Assembly: GCA_965248925.1 (NCBI GenBank)
Contig: CBDFLE010000005.1
Coordinates: forward strand, 1,728,001-1,792,000
From: Candidatus Multivoradales bacterium
GTDB lineage: Bacteria; Acidobacteriota; Thermoanaerobaculia; Multivoradales; J023
Length of the DNA stretch: 64,000 nt
Direction of reading: 5' to 3'
How positions within the stretch are numbered: the first letter of the stretch is position 1; every line of letters starts with the position of its first letter. Positions 10,201 to 20,549 of this stretch are shown piece after piece. Below the pieces are notes generated by a model. That model did not search any database, was not told the origin of the DNA, and saw only the letters and a list, made by a program, of their open reading frames with translations. Made by a program: the position numbers and the translations under genes.

Positions 10201-13200
10201 GCACGGTGTGGAACGACAGCGGGTTCGGTGGTGGAACCTCCGGCGACGGCATACGAGACGGCGCGGAGCAGGGCATCCCGAGCGTTACGGTGACGCTGTT
10301 CACCGACCCGAACGGCGATGGCGACCCGAGCGACGGCGTGGCGATCAATAGCCAGGTGACCGACGCCAACGGGGACTACCTCTTCCTCGGCCTCACCGAC
10401 GGCAGCTACGTGGCGGTGGTCGACACGGCGACCTTGCCGGGATCCACCTTCACCCAGACGGCCGACCCGGATGCTTCACTCGATAACCAGGGCGGCGGTG
10501 GCCTCGACAACGACGACAGCAACCCGGCCAACGATGACATCGCGGACATCGATTTCGGCTACACCATTCCCAACACCGTCTTCGGCAACTTGTGGGAAGA
10601 CAACGACGCCAACGGCTCCCAGGGGACGGGTGAGAATCCTTTCGCGGGAGTGACGGTCAACCTTCTCGACTGCGGCGCCGACACCGTTTGCGGCAACGGC
10701 GACGACGGGGCGACGGTATCTGCGACCACCGACGCCAACGGCGACTACAGCTTCGAGGACGTGGTGGACGGTAACTATCGCGTGGCGGTGGACACGACCA
10801 CCCTGCCGGCTGGGGTCACATGGAGCCAGACGGTGGACCCGGATGCCACTCTCGACGACCGGACGACGGCGACGCTCTCGATTACCGGCGGCAATGTCTA
10901 CGGTCCTTTCGACTTCGCCTACACCGGTACCGGCAGCTCCGACATCGGCGATACGCTGTTTACCGACTGGGATGGCGACGGTGTGCCGGACATCGGCGAA
11001 GAGGGAATTGCCAGCGTCACGGTCTTCCTTTACGAAGATACCAACGGCGACGGCATGATCGATCCGTTGGACGATGCCCTGGTGGCCACCACGGTCACCA
11101 GTGCCAGTGGCGGCTACCTCTTCCCGGACCTGCCGGCTGGGGACTGGATCGTGGTGGTGGACGGCACCGACCCGGACCTTCCCGATTCATACGTACAAAG
11201 CCTCGATCCGGACGAGGCCGGGATTTGCGCGACCTGCGACGGCTCCGCCTCGGTGACTACCGACGGCACCGCCGATCAGCTCGACGTCGACTTTGCCTAT
11301 CAGCCCAGCGGCTTCGGCCAGATCGGTGACACAGTCTTTCTCGACGCCGACCGCGATGGTATCCAAGATGCGGCGGAGGCCGGGATCGCCTCGATCACGG
11401 TGACTCTTTACGAGGACTCCAACAACGACGGCCTGATCGGCGCCGGCGACGCGGTCGTCGCCACGGTCGAAACCAATTCGGACGGCGGCTATCTGTTCCG
11501 CGACCTGCCGGCAGGCAACTACCTGGTGGACGTGGACGCGGCGGACGCCGACTTGCCGACGGACGGTAACGGCGATCAGTACATCCTTTCGACCGCCAAC
11601 GATCCACAGCAGGTGACACTGGCGACTGCCAACGACGTCTTCCTCGACGCCGATTTCGGCTTCACGCCGGGCGGTGTGATCGGCGATACGATCTGGCGGG
11701 ACGACAACGGAGATGGCCTCGAGAGCGCCGAGGAGCTTCCTATCGCCAACGTGACCGTCAGCCTCTACGACGACGTCAATGGGGACGGCGATTACGACCC
11801 GGGCACCGACACGCTGGTTGCAACGGATGTGACGGACGTCAACGGTCAATATCAGTTCAGCGGACTGCCGGCGGGCGCCTATGTGGTGGTGGTGGACTCC
11901 ACCGATCCGGACCTGCCTTCGACCACGGTGACCTACGACGCCGACGGCAGCTTGGACTTCGAAACCGGCGTTGACCTGAGCCCTGGGCAGATTGTCAATT
12001 TCGTAGACTTCGGGATCCAACCGCCGGGCGTGATCGGTGACGTGGTCTTTATCGACAACGACGGAGACGGAATCTTCGACCCGACCGCCGGGGACGAAGG
12101 CATCTCCGGTACGACGGTCGAACTCTACAACGACGTCAACGGGAACGGTGTCTACGATCCCGGTACGGATACCTTGGTGAGCTCCGTGGTCACGGATACG
12201 AACGGTCTCTACGCCTTCGGCGATCTATCGGATGGGGACTATGTCGTAGTGGTCAATACCGCGACTTTGCCGGCAAACCTCAACCCAACCTTCGACCCGG
12301 ACGAAGGCAACGGCTGCGTGACCTGCGACAGTGTCGGTGCCACCACCCTCACGGGAGGGAATATCGACCTGACCCTCGACTTCGGTTACCAGCACCTTCC
12401 GCTGCCGGAGCTTCGTATCGACAAGGACACGACCACACCCATCGTCGTTGCCGGGGGCCAGGCCACCTATACGATCAAGATTCAGAACGCTGGCACCGCG
12501 ACGGCGGAGGATGTCGGCGCAGCGGACACCCTACCGGCCGGCTTCACCTACGCCACGACCGATAGCATCGTGGAAGACGGTGCCGTGCGCACGGTGACTA
12601 CTTCACCCTCGGTGGGAGCCAATGCTCCAGCTTGGGGTGTTTGGGATATCGCGGCCAAAGGTTCGCTTCTGATCACCTTCACCGTAGACGTCGGCGTGGC
12701 GGTCGCGGACGGTACCTACGACAACACCGCCACCGCGAGCTATGACTCCGATGGCGACAACATCCCCGACACCACCGTCGACGACGATGGCACCCAGCCG
12801 CAGGATGCGGACACGCCCCCGCTGTTCGATCCGGAAGACGACGAAGACGTGACCGTCCAGCCGGCCCCAGTGCTGGCGGTGACCAAAGTGTCCAGCGCCG
12901 GCGCGGCAGCAGACCCGGGCGAGACCATCACCTACGCCATGACCGTCACCAACAACGGCTCCGCCGCGGCGAGCAACGTAACGCTCAGCGATGCGCTGCC
13001 AGAGGGTACGACCTACGTCGCGTCGAGCTCCATGGTGACGACGCCGGTCAACCAACCGCCGGAAACCTTCGCCGATGACTTCGAGAGCGGAGGTTATGCG
13101 GGGTCGACTGGGACGCAGAACTGGGCGACCAGCCCGTGGTCCGAGATCGGCGACGACGGCAGTGCCACCGGTGGCGACGTGCAGGTGGTCGCGGACTTGG

Positions 13201-16200
13201 GAGACAACAGTCTCGAGATGCGCCGAGCCGGCAATGGCGCCCTCCGGCAGGCCGATCTGTCGGCCTTTGATTTCGCGACCCTGACATTCGACTTCCGGCG
13301 TTCGGGTTTCGACAATGCGTCGGACCTAGTGACCGTGGAAGTCTCGAACAACGGTGGTGGCAGTTGGACACCCTTGGCCACCTACGACGGCGCCACGATC
13401 GCCACGGACGCCACTTACCAGCCGGCGAGCTTCGACATCTCGAATCAAATTGCTAGCAACACACAAATCCGATTCGTCACCGCCGGTCTCGGAACCCAGG
13501 ACCGCTTCTACGTGGACGACGTTCAGATCGAGGTCATCGCTCGTCCGACGGTACTGAGCGCCGGCGCGGCGCCGGCCGGCCTGGTCGTATCGGCGGATGG
13601 CTACGACCTCCTCCCGGGGGAGACGATGACGGTGACCTTCCAAGCGGTGGTCGACAGTCCCGCGCCGCTGGGCCAGACCTCGGTCGACAATACGGTCTTC
13701 GCCGCCGCGGACGAAATCGCTGACCCTGTCAGCGCTGAGGTCAGCGACCCGCTCAATAGTCTCAACCAGGCGACGATCGGCGACCTGGTGTGGAACGACG
13801 TCAACGGCGACGGCGATCCGACGGGCGAGGACGGCCTCGCGGGAGTGCGAGTGCTGCTGTACACCGCGGGACTCGACATGATGTTCGGTACGCCCGACGA
13901 TGTGCTTATCGCCACCGAGGTGACCGACACCACTGGTGCATACGACTTCATCGGACTGTCGGTGGGGACCTATCAGGTGGTCATCGATCAGGACTCACTT
14001 CCGCCGTCGTACTTCCTGACCACGGGCAACGAGCCGTTGACGGTCACCCTCACCAGCAACTCCGAAGACTTCAACGATGCCGACTTCGGCTACCAACATC
14101 AGCCGGTCACGCTACCGGTGACCCTATCGTCATTCCGCTTGGAGGTACTCGGTGGCACCCTCCGTTTCACCTGGACGACGGAGACCGAGACGGCAAATGT
14201 CGGCTTCTTTCTCTACGGTGAGACCGAGGCTGGCTGGGTGCCACTTCACGATGAGTTGATCCCGTCTCTAGTCGTCGACTCCGTGGTGCAGCAGCAGTAC
14301 ACTCTCGATGTGCCGGCGGCCGGCACGCAGCGCTTTCTGTTGATCGACATCGACACCCGGGGAAGGTCGACTCATCACGGTCCATTCACGCTGGGCGAAG
14401 CCATCGCCGCGGCTTCGCCCCGGCCGGCCGAGCGGATCCAGTGGTCGGCAATTCGCATGCGCCACCACGCCCAGGAAAGAGAGCGGCAGGGAGGCTGGCG
14501 CCAGAGAGACCTACCGGAGGTCGAGATCTCCGTGCCGGCAAACGGCCTCTACCGAATCACCTGGGAACAGCTCGACGCGGCGGGCCTCGACTTGTCCGGA
14601 GTGCCGCTACATCACCTGGCGGTCACCGTGGCAGGCGAGCCGGTGGCGGCATACACCAGCGGCAAGGGCACCTGGAAGGCCGGAGCGGCGCTCGAGTTGA
14701 TTGGCGAGAGGCTCGAGACCCTCTACGCCGATACCAACCTATACCGCCTGTCCGTCGATCCGGCCACCGCCGAGCGCGTATCGGTCGACCCGCGGCCCGC
14801 GCCGCGAGGGGGTACCGCGGTGACGACCTATCGTGAGACCGCCCGAGTCGGCGAAGAGAACCTCTACAGCTTCGGCGCCCCGAACGGCGATCCTTGGATC
14901 GATCGCTGGCTGTTGGCCTTCGGCGCCCCGGCGAGCGCCGAAATACCGGTGAGCGTCGACCATGTGGTCGACGGCGGCCAGAACGCCGTGCTGCGGGTCG
15001 AGCTCTGGGGGGTGACCGCATGGCCCGAGCGACCCGATCACCATGTGGTTCTTTCCTTCAATGGAAGGCAATTGGCCAGTGTTTGGTTCGACGGTCTGGT
15101 GAACTACCCCATCGAGATTCCACTACCGGAGGGCCTGCTTCGCGAGGGAGAGAACCTCGTGCGGATCGAGCTTCCGAACGACACCGGTTTGCCCTTCGAT
15201 CTGGTCGCGCTCGATCGGGTCGAGGTGACCTTCGACCGACAGACGGTCGCAACGCAGGGAACCCTCTCCTTCGAAGCGAGCGGCTCGGCGGTCGAGGTGA
15301 GTGGCTTGCCGAGTGAGAAGGTCACTGTCTACCGAGAGTCGGACGGCGAGCTCGAGAGACTGGCCAAGGTCACCGTCACCGCCGGGACCGAGGGCTTCAC
15401 GGCTCGTTTCCGCGGCTCCGACGGCCGCCTAGCTCGCTATATCGTGACCGCCGCCGGTAGCGAGCAGGAGGGCGGCCTCGCGGCGGCCCGGCCACTCGTA
15501 GACATCCACGCTGGCTCCGCCGAGTACCTCATCCTCAGCCATCCGGACTTCCTCGAAGCCTTGCCACCTCTGGTGGCGGCAAGGCAGCGGCAAGGCCTCA
15601 CCGTGCGGGTGGTCGATGTCGAAGACGTCTACGCTCACTACTCGGGCGGGGTGCTCGACGCAGAGGCGATTCGATCGTTCATCGCCCATGCGGCGACCAA
15701 GCTCGGCACACGCTATGTGCTGCTGGTCGGGGGCGACAGCTACGATTACAAGAACTACTTGGGAATTGGCAGCATCAGCTTCCTGCCGTCGCTCTACAGC
15801 CGGACCGGATCGGTGGTCTACTTCGCACCGTCCGACCCCCTCTACGGCGACCTCGACTACGACCGGGTGCCTGACCTTGCGATCGGCCGGTTCCCGGTAC
15901 GCACGGTGGAAGAGCTCGAAGAGGTCATCGCCAAAACGCTCACCTTCGAGCAAATCTACTATCGGCGAACGACCTTGGTGGCGACTGACGCGGACAATTC
16001 AGCAGAAGCGATCTCCTTCCGTGAGGCGGGCGACCAGCTCACCTCTGAGTTGAGTGCAGGATGGGAAGTTCGCCGAGCGGATATCGACCATCTGGGAGTT
16101 GACGGCGCGCGGTCGGCGTTGATCCAAGCCATCGAGCAAGGCACAGCGCTGACCCAATACTTCGGCCACTCCGGGCCGACTCTGTGGTCCTTCCACCGGC

Positions 16201-16562
16201 TGTTCGACACTACCGACGCGAGCGCGCTCACCAATGACGGTTATCCGACGACAATCCTCCAGTGGGGCTGTTGGAATACCTACTACGTGGCGCCCGAGAA
16301 CAACACGATGGCTCACCGGCTGCTGCTCTCGGGTGCGCAGGGCGCGGCCGCGGTCTTGGGGGCCGCCACCTTGACCACCAGTCAGTCGGATCTGGCCCTC
16401 GGTCGGCATTTCCTGCCGTTGGTAACCCAGCCTGGGCTCACCGTGGGCGAGGCGCTGACAGCGGCCAAGCAGGCGCTAGACGCCGAGGCCCCCGGAGCCT
16501 TCATGGACGTGATCGTCGGCTGGACTCTCCTCGGGGATCCGGCCCTGGTAATCGACCCATGA
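7275..16562 (+). CDS. Giant secreted adhesin-like protein: DUF11 + SdrD B-like repeats + C-terminal peptidase C25 (gingipain/PorU-like)
   Basis: 3095 aa; signal peptide; repeated IGDxxWxDxxxDG units; LxxxK...YT DUF11 units; YVLLVGGD, LAIGRFP, catalytic YFGHSG and QWGCWN, C-terminal WTLLGDPAL. Start position uncertain. Confidence 0.88.
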   Translation: MVMSSSTLVFLPSGGFAPRCASPRVGRGALFLAMAFLFLVPFEIQAQPALEASINAGYNYVVDSNVLSPSTYAPSVATVMGRLCNTGTVPLTDVSGYIGDMTAGTPGLYPTRDSSAAAFITEHPHLATTGLYSLTHVGGSAGLADATRYVGSLDVGECRTQYWHMTYPRRTNPDNTGPDPVWGLTRDPDDDLWLTFDIWVTSTEGASASATHRATLRNEISANANKIEPNGGIWFNDPSMVKPGELLITNGFNYDLGVINKGFDNDGDLDFDFNAWLQPIGDPSYDPSCYRLVKTEGQLVISRSGGNPDTIIDFVDQLYFTDLPDDNNGGLGVVKYTFLALNGPCATTITPYQEVASGADNEKFAGDFGTEAPSLESLPADVTLDKSVDKSSANLGETLTYSMDIENTGASAVGQPDFGTPLVVRDSIPSGTSYVAASASFVLGFSPNDGVRTLFSTDGGTIWSSTEPANPALVTDLQWWLRDPLPAATTGTFSFQVTIDAGFGGLSIPNTAGLSFANAGPFAEDSALTLILGTNTIGDFIWRDLDQDGVQDGGAETAISDVTVSLYFDADGDGLIGPGDLLIGTTTTAVDGSYSFPDLVDGDFVVQVDKADPDLGVGWALTTDETIAVTLAGGDFLTADFGFSPILALTKTLTSASPATEGELVTYDIQLTNLLEEGGAGGECVYTEWANDENGSGFNNPTNALGAPDGQYADTTSTNIPFLGGAFNFVPADLSEEIVKVEVLAWAYVDFSSPPLGDLSITLQQWYNQMPGTVFEIFTSFTTPSSNDYIGSANAGLLVLDATSARTWSQSDLNTPSVTLGHSSIIRFSYSGGGGETATFFVDALGVRVTTQCSGPLGGVIQPLPLADTYNADLLEFVSAVPPVSSVTTGGATPYTNTGALSWADVGPLPGLTSSSVTVTFRALEPPDTDADGENDPAFLPNDALATGAFLVDGTPVNEASDDADTTVNPRGTFSGTVWNDSGFGGGTSGDGIRDGAEQGIPSVTVTLFTDPNGDGDPSDGVAINSQVTDANGDYLFLGLTDGSYVAVVDTATLPGSTFTQTADPDASLDNQGGGGLDNDDSNPANDDIADIDFGYTIPNTVFGNLWEDNDANGSQGTGENPFAGVTVNLLDCGADTVCGNGDDGATVSATTDANGDYSFEDVVDGNYRVAVDTTTLPAGVTWSQTVDPDATLDDRTTATLSITGGNVYGPFDFAYTGTGSSDIGDTLFTDWDGDGVPDIGEEGIASVTVFLYEDTNGDGMIDPLDDALVATTVTSASGGYLFPDLPAGDWIVVVDGTDPDLPDSYVQSLDPDEAGICATCDGSASVTTDGTADQLDVDFAYQPSGFGQIGDTVFLDADRDGIQDAAEAGIASITVTLYEDSNNDGLIGAGDAVVATVETNSDGGYLFRDLPAGNYLVDVDAADADLPTDGNGDQYILSTANDPQQVTLATANDVFLDADFGFTPGGVIGDTIWRDDNGDGLESAEELPIANVTVSLYDDVNGDGDYDPGTDTLVATDVTDVNGQYQFSGLPAGAYVVVVDSTDPDLPSTTVTYDADGSLDFETGVDLSPGQIVNFVDFGIQPPGVIGDVVFIDNDGDGIFDPTAGDEGISGTTVELYNDVNGNGVYDPGTDTLVSSVVTDTNGLYAFGDLSDGDYVVVVNTATLPANLNPTFDPDEGNGCVTCDSVGATTLTGGNIDLTLDFGYQHLPLPELRIDKDTTTPIVVAGGQATYTIKIQNAGTATAEDVGAADTLPAGFTYATTDSIVEDGAVRTVTTSPSVGANAPAWGVWDIAAKGSLLITFTVDVGVAVADGTYDNTATASYDSDGDNIPDTTVDDDGTQPQDADTPPLFDPEDDEDVTVQPAPVLAVTKVSSAGAAADPGETITYAMTVTNNGSAAASNVTLSDALPEGTTYVASSSMVTTPVNQPPETFADDFESGGYAGSTGTQNWATSPWSEIGDDGSATGGDVQVVADLGDNSLEMRRAGNGALRQADLSAFDFATLTFDFRRSGFDNASDLVTVEVSNNGGGSWTPLATYDGATIATDATYQPASFDISNQIASNTQIRFVTAGLGTQDRFYVDDVQIEVIARPTVLSAGAAPAGLVVSADGYDLLPGETMTVTFQAVVDSPAPLGQTSVDNTVFAAADEIADPVSAEVSDPLNSLNQATIGDLVWNDVNGDGDPTGEDGLAGVRVLLYTAGLDMMFGTPDDVLIATEVTDTTGAYDFIGLSVGTYQVVIDQDSLPPSYFLTTGNEPLTVTLTSNSEDFNDADFGYQHQPVTLPVTLSSFRLEVLGGTLRFTWTTETETANVGFFLYGETEAGWVPLHDELIPSLVVDSVVQQQYTLDVPAAGTQRFLLIDIDTRGRSTHHGPFTLGEAIAAASPRPAERIQWSAIRMRHHAQERERQGGWRQRDLPEVEISVPANGLYRITWEQLDAAGLDLSGVPLHHLAVTVAGEPVAAYTSGKGTWKAGAALELIGERLETLYADTNLYRLSVDPATAERVSVDPRPAPRGGTAVTTYRETARVGEENLYSFGAPNGDPWIDRWLLAFGAPASAEIPVSVDHVVDGGQNAVLRVELWGVTAWPERPDHHVVLSFNGRQLASVWFDGLVNYPIEIPLPEGLLREGENLVRIELPNDTGLPFDLVALDRVEVTFDRQTVATQGTLSFEASGSAVEVSGLPSEKVTVYRESDGELERLAKVTVTAGTEGFTARFRGSDGRLARYIVTAAGSEQEGGLAAARPLVDIHAGSAEYLILSHPDFLEALPPLVAARQRQGLTVRVVDVEDVYAHYSGGVLDAEAIRSFIAHAATKLGTRYVLLVGGDSYDYKNYLGIGSISFLPSLYSRTGSVVYFAPSDPLYGDLDYDRVPDLAIGRFPVRTVEELEEVIAKTLTFEQIYYRRTTLVATDADNSAEAISFREAGDQLTSELSAGWEVRRADIDHLGVDGARSALIQAIEQGTALTQYFGHSGPTLWSFHRLFDTTDASALTNDGYPTTILQWGCWNTYYVAPENNTMAHRLLLSGAQGAAAVLGAATLTTSQSDLALGRHFLPLVTQPGLTVGEALTAAKQALDAEAPGAFMDVIVGWTLLGDPALVIDP

Positions 16563-16629
16563 GGGGGCTATGAGGCCAGCGGAGAGTGAACGCTACTACC
16601 TGCGGCTTCGCTCTTCGCTTCGAACCCAA

Positions 16630-17235
16630 CTAGGTTCCAGCCGATTCGACCGCCGCGCTAAAGGCCGACGAACCTTGAGGGCTCCAACTAGCTCGACATG
16701 CTGCATGAATCCAGGGTGCTGGCGACCTTGCCACCCGTGTCGGCTTCGTGAACAGATTTTGGCGCAGTACTGCGTCCCTCCCCAACGCTGCAATTCCTCG
16801 GCGACACCTTTCTTGTCGAGCGTCTTCCTCGAGCTCCAAGAGCATTTCAGTGACTCGCTGCTGATATTCGGTAGGGTCAAGGTTTTCCCAACAAGGGAGC
16901 GGCGCTAGTTCAAGAGACTTGGGGTCGGCGTAGGGGTAGGTGCCGAAGTCCCCGCCGCGTCGTTTGGCGTTGAATTCCGCGGTTCGATTGAACCAGAATC
17001 CCTGCATCGGGCGCCCAGTAGATAGAGACTTTGCGCTGTGGACTCCGGGCCAGTCGACGCACTGCTCGACCGGGCGTTCTTTGACGCCATGGCTTAGTAG
17101 ATACCGCAGACGAGCGATCTATGCTGCGGGCTCTGCGCTGACCGGAATGGCCGAATACCGACGGCCCCAGATCTTCTCTCGCCAGCCCGTCAGTCGGCCC
17201 ACTCCGCGGGCTATCTTGGAGCAGATACCTCTCGG
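16630..17235 (-). pseudogene. REP-associated tyrosine transposase (RAYT/IS200-like) remnant
   Basis: IARGVGRLTGWREKIWGRRYSAI...*IARLRYLLSHGVKE...DWPGVHSA...LAPLPCW...RSPAPWIHA; stop and frameshift; N-terminal HUH part missing. Confidence 0.65.
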
Positions 17236-17663
17236 GTAGGCGCTTCGGGGTGACCGGGGTACCGACCTTCGTCGCCGCCGGGCGCGGGCTGGTCGGCGCC
17301 CAGCCTTACGAAGAGTTGGAGCGGCTGGTGGTGGCGGCCGGCGCAGTATTGGTCGTCTCTTGACCGGGGCCAGATCGTGGTTGAGAGTTTTCCCGCGCTG
17401 ACCGCTGATCGCAGTTCCGACGCCGAGAAGATCGCTAGAGTTAGTCCTGGCCCACATTTCTCATCAGCGATCTATCGGGTCGCCGTATCTACCTGTATCG
17501 GCGGCTCTTCGCTCGCTAATGCTTCTCGACGTAAGTTCTATACGCCTACAGCGCTTTCGCTCGCAAGCCCTGCGGCTACAGGCATCGACAGCGACTCATA
17601 ACGATCTGGTGAGAAAAGTGGGCCGAGCTTCTCGGGTTTCAGAAACCGTGAGCAAGACGGGCG

Positions 17664-17973
17664 CTAGTTAGCGGCCGCGCACGAGAAAACCTTGGCACAA
17701 GTTTTGTATTGTTTATGGCAAGTAATGAGACATGCATCGTCCTCGCAGTCGCTTCTGCAGGAAATGAAATCGACCAGGCACAAAAAGGCATCCGATTTCG
17801 AACGCTTTGGTGGAAGGTGCCTTCGTCGCCGTCGCGAAGATGAAAGGCTCGGACACCTCAATTGAGGTGAAGACAGACTCCACGCGATCATCAGGGGCCT
17901 GGGGAGCGGCGAAGACCAGTGCGGAAGTGGCTAGTAGCACGAGGGTAGCTAGGACTGCTTTCTTGAGAGTCAT
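17664..17973 (-). pseudogene. Secreted Cys-rich peptide precursor with a 1-nt frameshift
   Basis: RBS GGAGAAG and signal peptide in one frame; Cys-rich C-terminus in another; removing one base of the A5 run at 17782-17786 joins them. Confidence 0.6.
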
Positions 17974-18314
17974 TGACACTTCTCCATCTGAAGACTAACT
18001 GATGCGCCTTGGCCCTCTGGAAGACTCTTCCAGCCCTGTTTGCCAGAGTCTTGTGACAATGGCGAAGGCACAGTCCTGGTTCGTTACTGACCTGCTCTAC
18101 GGGGCTTGTTGCAGCACGGATTCCTTTAAGTTGCATTTCATGGGCGCCTTTTGGAATTGGGCAAACGCGGCACGGGCCTGCCCGTTTCCGTAGACAGCTT
18201 GCTGGGTTTATTGGATGCCGAGGCGAGAGGAATGGTCGCTCTCCGAGGAGTTGGAGCGTCTGGTGCTCGTCGGTACGATCCCTCGGTGAGCCGACGTCCG
18301 ACGCTGCGTGGGCG

Positions 18315-20261
18315 TCAGTGACCGCTGGCCGGAGTTGCTTCGAAAGGCGGATGGGCGCCGCCCAGCCAGCGCCACAGCGAGAATCTGCCGCTGATCTCGG
18401 TCAGCAGGATCTGATGGCGGCCGGCCGGCACTCGCAGGCCCCGATGAATGACGTTGACCGGCCAGCTGGCGACGGGCCGGTCGCCAATCCAAGCCCGCCA
18501 GGTGCCTGGCAGATGGTCGAAGACCACCAGCCAGCCGGGTTGGTCTGACTCGACCTCCAACACAATTCGGCGGTCGGCCCACTCCGTGACCCGTACCCCT
18601 GCGGTGCCGGCGATCTCGCGATTGCCCGGACGGCCGATGACGACTGCCTGGCGGGTGGCATCGAAGTCCGCGGCGGTCAGCAGGGCCACGGCGCCATCGA
18701 GGCCGTCGCTCGAGAGCAGCTCTGGAACGACCGCCGCCACCGGTAGGGACGGCGGATCGCAGGCGGGAACCTCGAGCCGTACCAGATCCTCGCTGAAGTC
18801 TATTGCCGAGAAGCCCCTGGCCCGCAGTGCTTCGAGCTGCTCGGGGGTGGCGCCAGTCAGCAGAACAGGCAACCCAGGTGTCACCAGCCGACCCCGCGGC
18901 GGCAGCCGAAACCGCCGTCCTTGGCAAAGATAGCGGCGGATCTCTTCCATTCCAAAGCTGGTGAAGGGCGCCGGCGCCGGCACTTGCAGCAGCTCCCTGC
19001 CGCCGCCCGCATTGTCCACGAGCATCGCGTAGCTGAGTCGCATCGAGAGCGGGTAGCCGAGACTCAGGACTACCGAGGGGTCGGGCGCTTGGTCGAGAAT
19101 CTCGCCGGCCGGCTGGAGATCTGGCCCGCGCCGCCGGTCGGCGTCATGCCAGTTGACCCAACCCAGACCGACCGGCAGCAGCAGCGCCGCCCAAGCCAGG
19201 CGATGGCGCTGTTCGCCGAGTAGGACGAGCAGCCGCTGCATGCCAAAGGCGGCGTAGCACGAACCGATCATGACGATCGGCGGCAAGTAGGCCTCCAGAT
19301 CGTTGACCGAGTAGCCCATAACGAAGATCAAGTTGCAAGCGCCGGCGGTGAGCAGAAGGCCGTCCCGACGGCCGGGCCGCCGGAGCAGCCCGACCAGGGC
19401 CAGCGGGGCGAAGAGCCACAGCTCAGCCAGCAGCGAGCGCCCGATCCACGGCAGGCGCTGCGAAAAGATCTCGCCGACGCTTTGTTGCCACAAGAAACCC
19501 TTGTTGATCCCGCCGCTCATGACCTGAGCCAGCTCCGCAAGGTCACTGGCGGTGGTTTCGAGAAACCGCGTGTCGGGATCAAAGGTGCTCCAGGCCAGAT
19601 AACCGTACTGAAGGGATCCCACGACCACGAAGGCTGCCCCGGCCACCAGGATCCGCGGTCTGGCCAGGCCGGTGGGGTCGACCCGCAAGACAAACCAGAT
19701 GACTGCTGGCAGCCAACAAGCGATGGTGACGTGGTTGCCTCCGGCGAGCGCCAGCACCGCGAAGGCCGCCAAAAGATCGCCGGTTTGCTGCCAGCGCTGC
19801 CAGCGCAGGAGAAAGAGCAATATCAAGGTACCGCACAACCAGTGCAAGGCGTAAACCTCGGCGATGGTTGCATAGGACCACAAAGTCGCGCTGAGCCCCA
19901 AGCCGCAGGCGGCGGCGATGGCCACCGTCCGAGAGACCTCGGCGACCCGCAAAGCGACCGCCAACACGGCGCAGGCCAATGCCGCCAAGATCGCCGACAG
20001 GAGATTTGCCAGCAAAGCCGCCGAGCCCCAAGGGATCAGTCGAACGAAAGCTTGATTAATCAGCAGGTAGGCCGGGTAGCCGGTGGCATGGGGGGTGCCA
20101 GCATGCGCGCCCAAGATCTGAAACTTGACCGAATCCCCCGAGCCGCCGACGCCGGGTTGCAGAGTCAGGGCGTAGACCGTCAACAGCAGCGCGGCGACGG
20201 CTACGAAGGTGTCCCAGTCCCGGCGCAGGCTGACGCCTGCCGGGGTCGAGCTTCGAGTCAT
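18315..20261 (-). CDS. DUF2723 (TMEM260-like GT-C) membrane glycosyltransferase with YfhO-like C-terminus
   Basis: GDSVKFQ...HATGYPAY, WSYATIAEVYALH, multiple TM helices; C-terminal GWLVV..WRAW..RGLRVPAGRH. Confidence 0.8.
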   Translation of the reverse strand: MTRSSTPAGVSLRRDWDTFVAVAALLLTVYALTLQPGVGGSGDSVKFQILGAHAGTPHATGYPAYLLINQAFVRLIPWGSAALLANLLSAILAALACAVLAVALRVAEVSRTVAIAAACGLGLSATLWSYATIAEVYALHWLCGTLILLFLLRWQRWQQTGDLLAAFAVLALAGGNHVTIACWLPAVIWFVLRVDPTGLARPRILVAGAAFVVVGSLQYGYLAWSTFDPDTRFLETTASDLAELAQVMSGGINKGFLWQQSVGEIFSQRLPWIGRSLLAELWLFAPLALVGLLRRPGRRDGLLLTAGACNLIFVMGYSVNDLEAYLPPIVMIGSCYAAFGMQRLLVLLGEQRHRLAWAALLLPVGLGWVNWHDADRRRGPDLQPAGEILDQAPDPSVVLSLGYPLSMRLSYAMLVDNAGGGRELLQVPAPAPFTSFGMEEIRRYLCQGRRFRLPPRGRLVTPGLPVLLTGATPEQLEALRARGFSAIDFSEDLVRLEVPACDPPSLPVAAVVPELLSSDGLDGAVALLTAADFDATRQAVVIGRPGNREIAGTAGVRVTEWADRRIVLEVESDQPGWLVVFDHLPGTWRAWIGDRPVASWPVNVIHRGLRVPAGRHQILLTEISGRFSLWRWLGGAHPPFEATPASGH

Positions 20262-20370
20262 TGGCTGATTGTAACCCCTCTGTTTTCGGCCCGATGGCCC
20301 CGGCTCTGCCGAGACTTGCGTGGACCGCTGTGAACGCCCACTTGCCAGGCCAGAGCAGAAGGAGGTCGCG

Positions 20371-20511
20371 ATGTTGAAGAGTCTTCTCAGTCGGTTACAG
20401 CCGGTTCACCAGGCGGTGACACGGGAAGAGCGCGAGGCGGTCTACCGCTTCCGCTACCGGGTCTACGTCGAGGAGTTCGGCCGCGAGCTGGGCGCAACGT
20501 GGGCGAGATAG
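20371..20511 (+). pseudogene. N-terminal fragment of a GNAT/FeeM-like N-acyltransferase
   Basis: RBS AAGGAGG; TREEREAVYRFRYRVYVEE then premature stop. Confidence 0.6.
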
Positions 20512-20549
20512 AGCGCCTCTGCCATCCTTGATCGAATGGAGCAACGGCC

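Noticed and set aside
8880-14100. Repeats as a CRISPR array or DGR template
   Set aside because: They are degenerate in-frame SdrD-B protein repeats with no fixed repeat-spacer period. No CRISPR array, cas gene or RT was seen in the window.
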